Positions 50,881-63,801 of a stretch of DNA of 64,000 nucleotides are shown here, in pieces. Under the pieces are notes generated by a model that had not been told where the DNA came from, searched no databases, and saw only the letters and a program-made list of their open reading frames with translations. The stretch's first letter is position 1, and each line of letters begins with the position of its first letter. The translations under genes and the position numbers were made by a program. Source of the stretch: Octopus vulgaris (taxonomy: Eukaryota); assembly GCA_951406725.2 (NCBI GenBank), contig OX597822.1:77500001-77564000 (forward strand). Reading direction: 5' to 3'.

Positions 50881-51167
50881 ACAGGAAAAGTATTGTGTTA
50901 CACATACCATTCTAGAGCCAGTGTGGGAGCTCAGCGAAATCTTTTATTTTGCTAGACATAGCAGTGACATGCTAAATGGCTGAAACAAATAAAGAACGAG
51001 TGAGAGACTCACAACATGGTTGCTCAATCTGCTAGATATAGCTGCCAAATATTCCTCAAATCGCACATTACTACCTTACTAATAGAAAAAAAGGACACAT
51101 TGAACTATGTAATGTCCTTGATATACAAAAATGTTCAGGTGGCCATGGCTGGAATGCCCTTGATTAT

Positions 51168-52032
51168 GTGAAGGCATGTGGCTCAGTGGTTAGGGTGTTC
51201 TGTTCACAATTGCATAGTTGTGTCCTTGAGCAAGACACTTTATTTCACGTTTGCCTCAGTGTAATCAACTGTCAAAATTGAGTCTTTCATGTATTTCAAA
51301 GGGGCCAGCCTTGTCACATTCTGTGTCACGCTGAATCTCCCGGAGAACTTCATTTAACCCTTTAGGGTTCAGATTGTAATGTTGTCAATTGTAAAGCTTT
51401 TTCACTCAAATTGTTTTGAATTAATCCTGCATTATCTCCTAGCTTTGAGGTTTCAATGACATGATTGTTTATTTTTAGAATGTCAATGTAGGTTAGGTGT
51501 GAGAGGCTGGATATGACCAGTTTGAACTGGCCATATCTATATAAAATATGAAGAATATTTGGGTCAGGTATGGCTGGTTAATGTAAGTTAGGGTGGATAT
51601 GGCCAGTTTGGATATAAAATATGAAGAACATTTGGGTCAGGTATGGCTGGTTAATGTAGGTTAGGTGTGAGAGGCTGGATATGACCAGGCTGGATGTAAA
51701 AGATGAAGAATATTTAGGCTGGATATGGTCAGTTTAAACACATAAGTATTAAAGGTACATGTGTCTGTGGAGTACTCAGCCACTTGCACATTAATTTCAC
51801 GATTAAGCTGTTCCGTTGATCGAATCATGTGGAACCCTCATCATCGTAACTGTCAGAGTGCCAGTACCAACCTCTGAAGTTTCTGCAGCTGAGAATTCTT
51901 AGAATGTAATTGGTTGCCTGACAATTTTTCTTCAGTCATCTCCAAACTTCTGCTACTCTTATCAATTGTTATGTCTTCAATTCTGCCATCTCCATAATGT
52001 TTACCAATCTATAAATTATCTTGTCATTTTGG
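51168..52032 (+). repeat. Paralogue of 9160-10497 (SINE B plus TTAA MITE plus unique flank), lacking the SINE A insertion
   Basis: Near-identical sequence including the non-repeat flank ACCAACCTCTGAAGTTTCTGCAGCTGAG...TTGTCATTTTGG. Confidence 0.9.
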
Positions 52033-52224
52033 AGAGCCATTTTTACTCTTCATTGTAGTTCTGCTTGATCAGGGTCAGCCTTGGGTTAAACAATAGCAAC
52101 GATAACCAATCAATACCAATGTCCTGTCAATGATTAGCCGGAGATGATTTTTAAAATGAGAATATCTGAAATAAACTTGACTGCTCTCACAAAGGAAGAT
52201 ATTCAAAATGAGCCTGAACGCTCT

Positions 52225-52447
52225 CAAAAATTAAGTAAAAAAAAAACAGGTAAAATAATCCAGAATCCTTCTCTGGTACCGGATTGATTCCGAAATCTAA
52301 TCAGTTCATGCCAGTCATGAGGCCAAACATTCCTGAAAGTTTCATCTAAATCCATCCACTGGTTCTTGAGACATCTTGTCCATGGACGAACAACAAACAA
52401 ACACAACTGAAAACTATGCCTCCACCTTTATTAAGGCGGAGATAATA
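52225..52447. mobile_element. Helitron/Helentron-type non-autonomous element (HINE/DINE-like)
   Basis: Terminal hairpin CCTCCACC...GGCGGAG next to a CAAA microsatellite; inverted partial copy at about 48708-48795; class assignment is inference. Confidence 0.5.
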
Positions 52448-52658
52448 ATGGTTTCAAATTTTGGCACAAGGCCAGCAAGTTCAGGGGAGGGGTTAAGTCG
52501 ACCACAGCAGAATTTGAACTCAGAATGTAATGACGGACGAAATGCTGCTTAGCATTTTGCCCTGCATGCTAACGATTCTGCCAGCTCAACAACTAATTAT
52601 GTGTATGTGTGATTGTATATATATATACGTGTGCGTGAGTGTGTGTGTGTGCACCTGT

Positions 52659-52889
52659 TTAACCTTTTTGATACCAAGCCACCTGAGACTGTCAATGGTT
52701 TTATGACACAAACTTCCCGTTTTAAACTGATTTAAATCTGAAACCTTCCATTAAATTCTCATATGAATTTATGTTCCAAATACCAGCTTAATATTGACAA
52801 AGTTATTTCACTAAATTCTTCAATATTTTCAAAATTAATTGAAATAAAAGCAGTGTGTGTCAATAGGGATTTGGTAACGAAAGGGTTAA
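52659..52889. mobile_element. piggyBac-type (TTAA) MITE, second family
   Basis: TIRs TTAACCTTTTTGATACCAA and TTGGTAACGAAAGGGTTAA; partial relative at about 10950-11112. Confidence 0.8.
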
Positions 52890-53479
52890 ATGTCAGGTTA
52901 TATGAGAGGCTGTGTACATGTATGGATGTGGGTTGGTGTATCAAGTCTCTGAGCATCAACAACAACCAGCAGCAGCTGTTTGTGTGTGTATGAGTATGTG
53001 TGTGTGTATGTTTGAGTACGTGTGTGTATGAGTGTGTGTGTGTGTATGTTTGAGTACGTGTGTGTATGAGTGTGTGTGTGTGTATGTGTATGATTATAGG
53101 TGAGGAAGGGCGGTTGAAATGAGTTCCTAAACAACACCAATTGCCATGTGTGCATGTTTGTATTCATGCATGTATGTGTATGTATGTGCAGGTTTGTTTA
53201 TGTGTGTGTGCGTATGTATGATAGGCTATATGAGACAGTATCTGTATGTGTACATGTACACGTGTGTGTGAGTGTGCATTTTCGTGTTTGTGTATGTGTG
53301 ATAGGTTATGTGAAAGAATATGTGTATGTGTGTGTAGACATGTGCAGGTTGAATGTGTGTGGGGGGGAGGGGGAGTGTGTGCATGCATGTTTGTGTGTGT
53401 GTGTGTGATAGGTAACATGTGACATGTGAGTATATGTGCATCTTAGGTAATGAAACAAGGACTACGTTAATGGCTCTGT

Positions 53480-53832
53480 AATAGTTACGATGACGAGGGT
53501 TCCAGTTGATCCGATCAACAGAACAGCCTGCGCATGAAATTAACGTGTAAATGGCTGAGCACTCCACAGACACGTGTACCTTCAACGTAGTACTCAGGGA
53601 GATTCAGCATGATACAGAGTATGACAAGGCTGGCTTCCTTTGAAATACATGTGCAACAGAAACAGGAAGAAAGAGTGAGAGAAAGGTGTGGTGAAAGAGT
53701 ACAGCAGGGATCGCCACCACCCCCTGCCAGAGCCTTGTGGAGCTTTAGGTGTTTTTGCTCATTAAATACTCACAACGCCCAGTCTGGGAATCGAAACCAC
53801 GAGTCTGCTGCCCTAACTACTGGACCATTGCA
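53480..53832 (-). mobile_element. SINE family B (long subfamily)
   Basis: Reverse complement of 33161-33540. Confidence 0.88.
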
Positions 53833-54848
53833 CATCCACACTACATTAGTAAAACAATGTTATATACATATATGTACACATATCCATTATATACTCATTT
53901 GCACACATACGTATGTTTCTGTATGTATCTCTGTGTGTGTTTGTTTGTATTTGTTTGTTTGTGTGTGTGTGTGTGTGTCACAAGTCCACCATAACGTAAT
54001 GACTAGCTAATATCTAACTCAATAATTTTAATACTACTAATATCCTGATATACTATAATTAATAAGCAATTAAAACTTCCATCTCAATCCAATTTAATAT
54101 AAGACCTTCATAAGCCTATAGATACAATGAATCAACAAGAGAAACAATAAAATCTGACCAAGTTCCATATCAGACAATGGAAAATTCTTAAACCTCTTGG
54201 ATTACAAATGCTAATACAATCAGCATGTTGAAGAACATCAAAATGAAACCAAAGAGGGGAATATATATACAGCTACATACATGCGACATTAGCAACGATC
54301 ATAACATAAACAGACATAGACATCTCATCATCATCTGCTCTATTGGAAATCCTTGTGGTTTCGACACCTAGCAGAATTATTCACTCTTATCATGTCGACA
54401 GTACCAACAGAAATTTTGATAGTACCTGGGAATTATAAGGTGTATAAAAATATCACTTTTATAGACTTATAAGAGAACGAATTCTCTAATATATGTACCT
54501 TTCCAAGCCAACGATATCAAAAAGTTTAATGTATACAATGTGCCTGGTACCCCATCAAAAATGCTACCACAATCTCATTATGGCAATTGATGTTAAAAGG
54601 ACAAACAAAACATTAGTGATGTTGGTGATACAGATTGACACACACACACACACACATACATGTTATCATCAATCATCATTTAAGTGCCATGCTGGCATGA
54701 GTTGGACAGTTTGACAGAGATTTGATGAGTCCAAGGACAATGGCTTCATGCTCCAGTGCCTGCTTTGGCATCATTTCTGCAAACTAGATGTCTTTATATG
54801 CATATCACTTTCATCTCCCTACAACTTCATCACTTCAACATCCTCTCA

Positions 54849-54882
<34 letters not shown>

Positions 54883-56376
54883 CCTTCCACACTTTTTCTT
54901 CCTTATATGTCCTTTTCAGGATTCTCACTAGTTTCATATCTTTTTTTCCTTCAAATTCACCCCCCCCCCACTCCACACTTTCCATCCATACCCACCCTTA
55001 CAATTATGGAATAGCACTGGATCTCTCCACTGCACATGTGTATGCATCTGTTCTTGTGGACTATATCTGTACATATGCACTTTGCATGCTATCATTTCTG
55101 GTTGTTTTTCTAGTCTCGTATTTCGAGCATTTAACGACAATATACACTTTTGATAAAGCAGTTGCTCCCGCAAAGCAAATTAGATACAATTTTGGATTTT
55201 GGGGAGGGTCAAAATAGATAACACAAACAGGACAGTATATATATATATATATAGTAGAAATATGTTACGAAAAGAAAATATAAAATACACGTGGAAATGT
55301 AAGGGTAAAATATGAAGAATCAACGAAAATGCATATTGCAAATAGAAAAAGGCTATTTATGACAGGTAGTGACAAATATATATATTTAGATTGACTGAGG
55401 TAGTAATACGAGTAATATATATATGATGGACTCTCTCATTGAAGACGTCAAATGTGCATTCAGCTTTTGCTGAACGACCAACACAAATGATTTGTTTATA
55501 GTGATCAAATGCTTGTGCCTCACATTAACTCACTCCTTCCATCAGATTGACTTTGTCTGAATAGGTGCACTGTGTGCGATACCTTGGTGTTGAACTGATC
55601 ACAGAGCAAGATAAGGTGAAGTGTTTTGCCCAAGAACACTTCACCTTATCTGTTCTAGGAATTGAAATCATGATCGCAAAATCGTGAGTCCAACGCTCCA
55701 ACCACTGGGCCATGTGCCCCCATATATATAAGTATGTATGTATGTATGTATGTATGTATGTATGTATGCATGTATGTATGTATACCTGTATGAAGGCATA
55801 TCATTCTGTCTGCATATGAATATTGACAATGCAGTGTTAACATGTGCATGTATATGTGTACGTTTTATTTAGGCTGTGTCTGTCTCTGTTATATTGTATG
55901 TAATCTATGTATGTAGGTGTATAAACACTGTACATGCTGCATGTTTACACATTGTTGAGTGATATTGTATACACACAAGCAAACACACACACACACAGGC
56001 ACACACTTATATAGACGTAAGCATGTAGGTATTTCAGAGCCTATAGATGTGCACATCTGTACATGTGTTTGTGTGTGTGTTTGTGTCTGCATTCATTAAA
56101 ATAATGAGATGCATTTTGCAGATAAATGCAAAATTTGAAATCCGAGAACATATACACACACATATTAACACACAAACAAGCATACACAATTATTCACTAT
56201 CTACGCATTCACACACACACACTCACACACATGTGCTTGCATCCACACATGCATAATGTGATGCGTAATTCTATGGCCTTAATTGGATAGACGTTCTGCT
56301 TTAGAATCTATGCGAAAGTGTGTATGTGCATCTGTATGTGCATGTGCGGGTGCACGAGTATGGGTGTGTGTGTGTG

Positions 56377-57215
56377 GTGGGGCTGTGTGGTTAGGAATTT
56401 TCCTTCCCAACTAAAATAGTTTAGGGTTCAGTGCTACTGTGTGGCACTTTGGGTAAGTGTCTTATACAATAGCCCTGGGCCAACTAAATCCTTGCGAGCA
56501 GGCTTGGTAGACAGAAACTGAAAGAAGCCCTGTTGTGTGTGTATGTGTATATGTGTTTATGTATGTGTGTGTTTATGTGTGTATGTTTGTGTGTGTGTAT
56601 CTGTGTATAAGTGCGTTTGTGTGTGTTTGAATGCATGCGTTTGTGTGTGTAAGTGTTTGTTTAAGTGTTTGTTTATGTGTATGTGTCTTTGTGTGTGTAT
56701 GTTTGTGTGTGTGTATGTGTGTATTTCTGTGTATGTGTGTGTTTTTGTATGTGTTTGTGCATTTGTGTGTGTTTGTGTGTGTGTGTGTGTATTTGTGTGT
56801 GTATCTGTGTGTAAGTGCGTTTGTGTGTGTATCTATGTGTTTGTGTGTTTGTGTGTGTGTGCATGTGTAAGTGTTTGTGTGTGTGTCTGTGTGTTTGTAT
56901 GTGTTTTAGTGTGTGTGTTTTTGTGTGTGTACGTGTGTCTTTGTGTTTGTGTAAGTGGGTGTGTGTTTGTGTGTATATATGTGTGTTTGTGTCTGTGTGT
57001 GTTTGTCTCCCTGTCTTGACATTGCATGATTGCTGTAAATAAATTTCATTCATTTCCAATTTTCTGTGACAGGTCTGGCCATGGGGAAAGGATTTCCTTG
57101 CTTGGAAACAGGTGAAGGTTGGCAACAGGAGGATCATCCAGCCATAGAAAATCTGCCTTGACAGATTGTGCCCAAACCATGCAAGCATGGAAAAGCTGTC
57201 ATTAAAGCAATGATG
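56377..57215 (+). mobile_element. SINE (A head, D tail) with an internal (GT)-rich expansion of about 470 bp
   Basis: Head at 56377-56530, GT tract 56535-57005, tail to 57215. Confidence 0.75.
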
Positions 57216-57619
57216 ATGGTGTTGATGATGGTGTTGATGATGATGATAATAATGATGATGATGAGGAGGAGGATGATACACACACACACACACACACACA
57301 TTCCATTTAGTCATTTATCGTGTGTTTTTCCATGCTAGCATGAGTTGGACAAAAAGTTATTTGAGGCAGGAGGTTTTTGATTTCTGTCATGCCTTGGCTT
57401 CGATGTAGTTTCCATCTAACAATTCTACTCACAAGGCATTGGTTAGCCCAAGTCTCCCATAGAAAACATTTACCTAAGGTACTGTACAATGAAATTGAAC
57501 CTAAACCACCTGGTTGCCAAATAAAGTTGTTACCCAAACAACGAACCTGTATTTCTGTTGGGCAACAATGAGCCCTAATCATACGGCCCTTTGTTTTTTC
57601 TGTCTACTATACTTTCTTT

Positions 57620-57977
57620 TACTCTTTACTCTTCTACTTGCTTCAGTCATTTGACTGTGGCCATGCTGGAGCACTGCCTTTAGTCGAGCAAATTGACCTC
57701 AGGACTTATTCTTTGTAAGCCTAGTACTTATTCTATTGGTCTCTTTTGCTTAACCACTAAGTTACAGGGACATAAACACACCATCGGTTGTCAAGCGATG
57801 TTGCGGGGATAAACACACAAACACATATATATACATATATACGACGGGCTTCTTTCAGTTTCTGCCTACCAAATCCACTCACAAGGGTATGGTTGACCTG
57901 AGGCTATAGTAGAAGACATTTCCCCAAGGTGCCACGCAGTGGGACAGAACCCAAAACCATGTGGTTGGTAAGCAAGT
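57620..57977 (-). mobile_element. SINE family A
   Basis: Homology to the other copies. Confidence 0.9.
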
Positions 57978-58030
57978 GTCAAATAAAATATGTATAGTAA
58001 TTATTATTTATATTAAGATTTTAGCTGTTA

Positions 58031-58194
58031 GGTGTAGGAGTGGCTGTGTGGTAAGTAGCTTCCTTACCAACCACATGGTTCTGGGTTCAGTCCCACTGTG
58101 TGGCACCTTGGGTAAGTGTCTTCTACTATAGCCTCGGGCCAACCAAAGCCTTGTGAGTGGATTTGGTAGACAGAAACTGAAAGAAGCCCGTCGT

Positions 58195-58242
<48 letters not shown>

Positions 58243-58468
58243 GTATATGTATGTGTGTATATATGTTTGTGTGTCTATGTTTATCCCCCCAACATCACTT
58301 GACAACCGATGCTGGTGTGTTTACGTCCCCGCGACTTAGCGGTTTGGCAAAAGAGACCGATAGAATAAGTACTAGGCTTCCAAAGAATAAGTCCTGGGGT
58401 CGATTTGCTCGACTAAAGGCGGTGCTCCAGCATGGCCGCAGTCAAATGACTGAAACAAGTAAAAGAGT
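58031..58468 (+). mobile_element. SINE family A, young full-length copy
   Basis: Retains most CpGs; intact A/B boxes. Confidence 0.92.
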
Positions 58469-59019
58469 TAAAAAAATAAAAGAGTTAAATTCATAATTAT
58501 ATATTTGTATGTGTATCAGTATGTGTTTCAGTGTGTTTGTGAACAAATATATATTTGCAAACATATGAAAATGAACAAAGCAATACATACTTACATATTT
58601 ATGCATTTGTGGGTGAGTGTGTGAAGAATTATCCATAATTATGTAAATTAGATATTTTTTTCTGTGTTAAATGAGTGCTTATAATGTCTTCCATTATTTG
58701 AATAAAAATTATAGCTGTTAATTGATAATTATGTGTGTGTGTGTGCAAATAGCCACAATCATATAAATATGTATATATGGCTGAATGAAAGAATGCTTAT
58801 GTTTATAACAATGATTAACCCCAATTATACAATTATATCATTTATATTCAAATTTTACCTGTTGTTTGTTTAATTCATTGTATTGTAGACACAGGTATAA
58901 CCGCATGGTAATAACAGGCACAAGCATGGCTGTTTGGTAAGAAGTTGGTTTTCCAGTAAGTGAATCTGGCTGGTAGAAACTGTGTGGAAGCCCCTCCTGT
59001 ATACATTCGCTTTTATTTT

Positions 59020-59465
59020 CTCTTTTACTTGTTTCAGTCATTTGACTGCTGCCATGCTGGAGCACCGCCTTTGGTTGAGCAAATCGACCCCAGGACTTAT
59101 TCTTTGGAAGCCTAGTGCTTATTTTATATGTGTCTTTTGCCGAACCGCTAAGTTACGGGGACGTAAACACACCAGCATCGGTTGTCAAGTGATGTTGGGT
59201 GGGGGGGACAAACACAGGCACAAATATATACACACATACACATATATATATATATATATATACATATATATGACGGGCTTCTTTCAGTTTTCGTCTACCA
59301 GATCCACTCACAAGGCATTGGTCAGCCCGAGGCTATAGTAGATGACACTTGCCCAAAGTGCCACGCAGTGGGAATGAACCCAGAACCATGTGGCTGGTAA
59401 GCAAGCTACTTACCATACAGCCACTCCTGCACCTATACTATACTTACCACACAGTCACTCCTGCA

Positions 59466-59468
<3 letters not shown>
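59020..59468 (-). mobile_element. SINE family A with a duplicated 5' end
   Basis: Full-length copy plus a tandem repeat of about 33 bp of the head. Confidence 0.9.
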
Positions 59469-59507
<39 letters not shown>

Positions 59508-59534
59508 CATACATACATACATACATGCTCTGAT

Positions 59535-59900
59535 TAATAAGTATCTGAACTGTTGCCATAGTAACGAAGCTAAAGCATGCAGAGTGAAGGCGCTCAGCAC
59601 AGATTGACCTTGAACTCTGCTGTGCATGTGGACTAAGTTTTAACATTCTAGCTCACTTCCATTGTTTACAGGAGTGCTTGGAAGATCGTCACTGTGACTA
59701 TAACAGAGAAAGTTGAGCAGAGAATCTGCATCAAATTTTACCAAAAGCTTGGCGATATTTGCTCAGAGGCCTCTGCAATGATTTCAAAAATTTTCTATCT
59801 TTTTTGACACAATCAAGGAGATTTTGTGCAGCTGAATTGTTTTTGTTCGGCTTAAAGCAGTTTTGGCACAAACTTGGCAGACACATGTCCATACTGGATC
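59535..59900 (+). mobile_element. Mariner-derived deletion element (transposase N-terminus)
   Basis: TEKVEQRICIKFYQKLGDICSEASAMI matches the mariner EQR..IKFC.KLG N-terminus. Confidence 0.7.
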
Positions 59901-59904
59901 TCTG

Positions 59905-60390
59905 CCTTTAGTCAAACAAATCAAACCAAGGACTTATTCTTTGTAAGCCTAGTACTTATTCTGTCGGTCTCTTTTGGTGAGTCACTAAGTTACAGGGATG
60001 TAAACACATCAATATCGGTTCTCAAGCAATGGTGGTGGGAACAAACACAGATACACAAATACATACATACATAGATACATATATATGATAGGTTTCTTTC
60101 AATTTCCATCCACCAAATCCACTCACAAAGCTTTGGTCAGCCTGAGGCTATAGTAGAAGACACTTGCCCAAGGTGCCAGGCAGTGGAACTGAACCCAAAA
60201 CCATGTTGTTGGAGAGCAAGCTTCTTACCACACAGCCATGCCTGCAACTATATAGAAAAAATATATATATATATGATGGGCTTTTTTCAGTTTCCGTCCA
60301 CCAAATCCACTCACAAGGCTTTGGTCAGCCCTAGGCTATAGTAGCAGACACTTGCCCAAGGTACCATGCAGTGGGACTGAACCTGGAACC
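59905..60390 (-). mobile_element. SINE family A plus a tandem partial copy
   Basis: Homology to the other copies. Confidence 0.85.
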
Positions 60391-60749
60391 ATATTGCTAT
60401 ATAACATATTAAGTTGGGTTTAGTTTACCACCGTGTAGTGTAATTAGTGAGGTGTTAATTAAGCATGTGATCGAAGGGTCTTTGTGTTGCCATCAGAGAA
60501 ATTGTTAGTTTTCTTATATCATTTATTTAATTAACAAGTTCTTACTGAAAATGAAAATGGATATCTATGTGCACAAACACGCACACACCGACATGTAGAT
60601 GTGATATGTGTGTATATATACATATATATGTACGTATGCACATGTGTGTGTGTGTGTGTGTGTGTAGTATAAATTTCCATTGAAAGATTTATCAAAATGT
60701 TTTAAGACAATTTACTATAACTTAGAAATTCAATATGGAAATTTTGTGA

Positions 60750-60835
<86 letters not shown>

Positions 60836-61029
60836 TGCATTTTTTGTCTTTCACTCTTTCATATTTTGTTTTGCCATATTTGTTTTCAGTTTTATATCAT
60901 AGCTTTTCATTTTCTTTTTTGTGTCAACTGTATGGTATAAATTTCTTCGATGTGTAATATCAAATACCCTATTTTTTTTTTTTTTTTTTTTTAGTTTTTT
61001 ATTCACTTCTAACATTTATATAAATTTCA

Positions 61030-61098
61030 ATTCCTGAAGAAATGATGGCAATTTATTGTATGAATGTATAATAAGTCTATTATTGAAACGTGTACAAT
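61030..61098 (+). ncRNA. Degenerate PLE-type hammerhead motif with long stem II
   Basis: ATTC-CTGAAGA-AATGATGG...CTATTATT-GAAAC-GT-GTA-CAAT. Confidence 0.45.
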
Positions 61099-61190
61099 CA
61101 TTATTTGAATAAATCCTTTTGAATATTTCATATATGCCTGTGTCTATATGTGTGTGTATACACAAACATACAGACACATACATACATACA

Positions 61191-61225
<35 letters not shown>

Positions 61226-62164
61226 TCACATACATACACACAGACACGTACAAGCACAGACGTGCATGCAGGCACACACACATTTACGCACACCTGGCAT
61301 GTGTGTTCATGTATAAGGAAATTGAAGTTGCATGGCTACATGGCTATGTTCATTTAGGTGTTTTGTTGCAGAATCAAATTCTCACCTCCTCTGTTGCATG
61401 GCAACACAACTGACCACTCAATTCCTGCAGAGATTGGGGTCATGTGATGGGCGAGAATAAATCAAACACATGCAAGTGTATAAGAACCAAAGAAAAGCCA
61501 CCTCATGAATTCATAAACAGTCTTGGCAGTAGCAGTAGTGGTACCACCAATATGGCAGCACTGTTGACGAGGAATAAACCGCCATTTCTTACCACCTCAT
61601 ACTCACGTTTATTGTGTAGAAAGTTATTGTCAGTTCTGTTTGAAATTACCAAAAAGACATGTGCAACTGGTAGTTTTGAAATGGCTCCCACCGAGATAGA
61701 ACAATTTGCGATAAGAGAGAAGCAGCATGAGAAAGCATCGGAGAAACTATGATAACGCTAAGATTCCAATTTCAGCTGCAATAGCCTGCATCTGGACTTA
61801 GCCATGCAATATTCACAATGCTTATAAAAGCGATAAGGAAAAAAATAATTGATTGGGAGTTAGTGTGGATCGTTAGTTCTTTTAATCTCAGTCCATGTGA
61901 AACTGTCTCCTTCTTCAAATTCTCATTGATTTGTAAACATCAGTTTGGCATCTTTTATGCTTTATCCTTTATCTTTTGTCGTGTTTCAATCATTTGACTG
62001 TGGCCATTATGGAACTCCAGCTCGAGGAATTCTGAGTCGAAGGAATCGATACCAGTTTTTTTTCTTTTCTATGTTTTATGCTTGGTACTTGTTCTGTCAG
62101 TCTCTTTTGCCAAACCTCTAAGTTGATGGGACGTAAACACAACAGCACCGGTTGTCAAGCAGTT

Positions 62165-62500
62165 GTATTAGTTTAACACTCGGGAAGTAAGAAAGTCTTT
62201 TACGTTTCAAACCTATGCTCTTCGACAGAAAGGAACACAGAAATAAACAGGGGAAGAAAATAGAAACAGGTTTAGTGGCTAGTAATTATATATATATATA
62301 ATCCAAACATGAAAACACAAGGAGAAAACACAACAACGTGAGGACGTGGAACAAATATAGTATTATTGGACGCTCAGGAAAGAAGGAGGGTTTAACATTT
62401 CGAGCGGAGCTCTTCATTGGAAGCATAGAAGGAAAGATCCAGAGAAGGGAAGACAGAGGAAAAAAAATCGCCAATGGTACACACGCAGTCACACACACAA
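62165..62500 (-). mobile_element. Two adjacent PLE pLTR fragments, each with a hammerhead-like core (62196-62233 and 62391-62423)
   Basis: Homologous to 39290-39480 and 2780-2960 respectively. Confidence 0.6.
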
Positions 62501-62677
62501 ATATATCATCATCATCGTCGTTTAACGTCCGTTCTCCATGCTAGCATGGGTTGGACGGTTCGACCGGGGATCTGGGAAGCCAGAAGGCTGCACCAGGCTC
62601 CAGTCTTATCTGGCAGTGTTTCTACAGCTGGATGCCCTTCCTAACGCCAACTAATATATATATATATATATAACGCC

Positions 62678-62722
<45 letters not shown>

Positions 62723-62746
62723 TATATATATATTTATATACACATA

Positions 62747-62889
62747 CAGTCCACCAAAAAGTGTATGCAAACTTCAGGAAATGAAAAATCTGTATAAATA
62801 TTTTTACTCAGTGTTACTGTAATCTGATATATTTATAGAGATGATTATGTAAGTTAAATATTTATACAGATTTTTCTGTTCCTGAAGTT
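62747..62889. mobile_element. Truncated Tc1-type MITE (inverted repeat 62770-62889)
   Basis: Starts TA|CAGT; AACTTCAGGAA...AAATCTGTATAAATATTT pairs with AAATATTTATACAGATTT...TTCCTGAAGTT. Confidence 0.65.
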
Positions 62890-62894
62890 CTTTT

Positions 62895-63092
62895 ATTCTT
62901 TTATTTGTTTCAGTCATTTGACTGTGGCCATGCTGGATTACCACCTTTAGTCGAGAAAATCGACCCCAGGATTTATACTTTGTAAGCCTAGTACTTATTC
63001 TATTGGTCTCTTTTGCTGAACTGCTAAGTTACGGGGATGTAAACTCACCAAACTCAGTTGTCAAGCAATGTTGGGTGGACAAACACAAACAT

Positions 63093-63151
<59 letters not shown>

Positions 63152-63345
63152 CACACACACACACATATATACATATACATGTGATGGGCTTCTTTCATTT
63201 TCTGTCTACCAAATCCACACACAAGGCTTTCATTGGCCCAAGGCTATAGTAGAAGACACTCGCCCGAGGTACCACACAGTGTAACTGAACCCGAAATCAT
63301 GTGGTTGGTAAGCAAGCCTTTTACCATACAGCCACTCCCGCGCCT
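62895..63345 (-). mobile_element. SINE family A
   Basis: Homology to the other copies. Confidence 0.88.
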
Positions 63346-63564
63346 ATGAAGTGTATACATTTTTTTGGTAGACTCTGCATATATGGTAAAAACACAGGTT
63401 TCTCCTTATCAAATTTGCTCCTAAGGCTTTGGACAACCCAAGGTCATGGTAGAAGATACTTGCCCAAGGTGCCACGCAGTGGGACTGAACGCAAGACCAT
63501 GTGATTGGAAAGCAAGCTTCTTACAATACAGCCATGCCTATGCCTATATATACATACAAGTACA

Positions 63565-63601
<37 letters not shown>

Positions 63602-63602
<1 letters not shown>

Positions 63603-63765
63603 GGCACAGGAGTGGCTGTGTGGTTAAGTAGCTTGCTTACCAACTACATGGTTCAGGGTTCAGTCTCACTGTGTGGTACCTTGGGTAAGTGTCTTCTACT
63701 ATAGCCTCAGGCCGACCAAAGCCTTGTGAGTGGATTTGGTAGACAGAAACTGAAAGAAGCGCATC

Positions 63766-63801
<36 letters not shown>

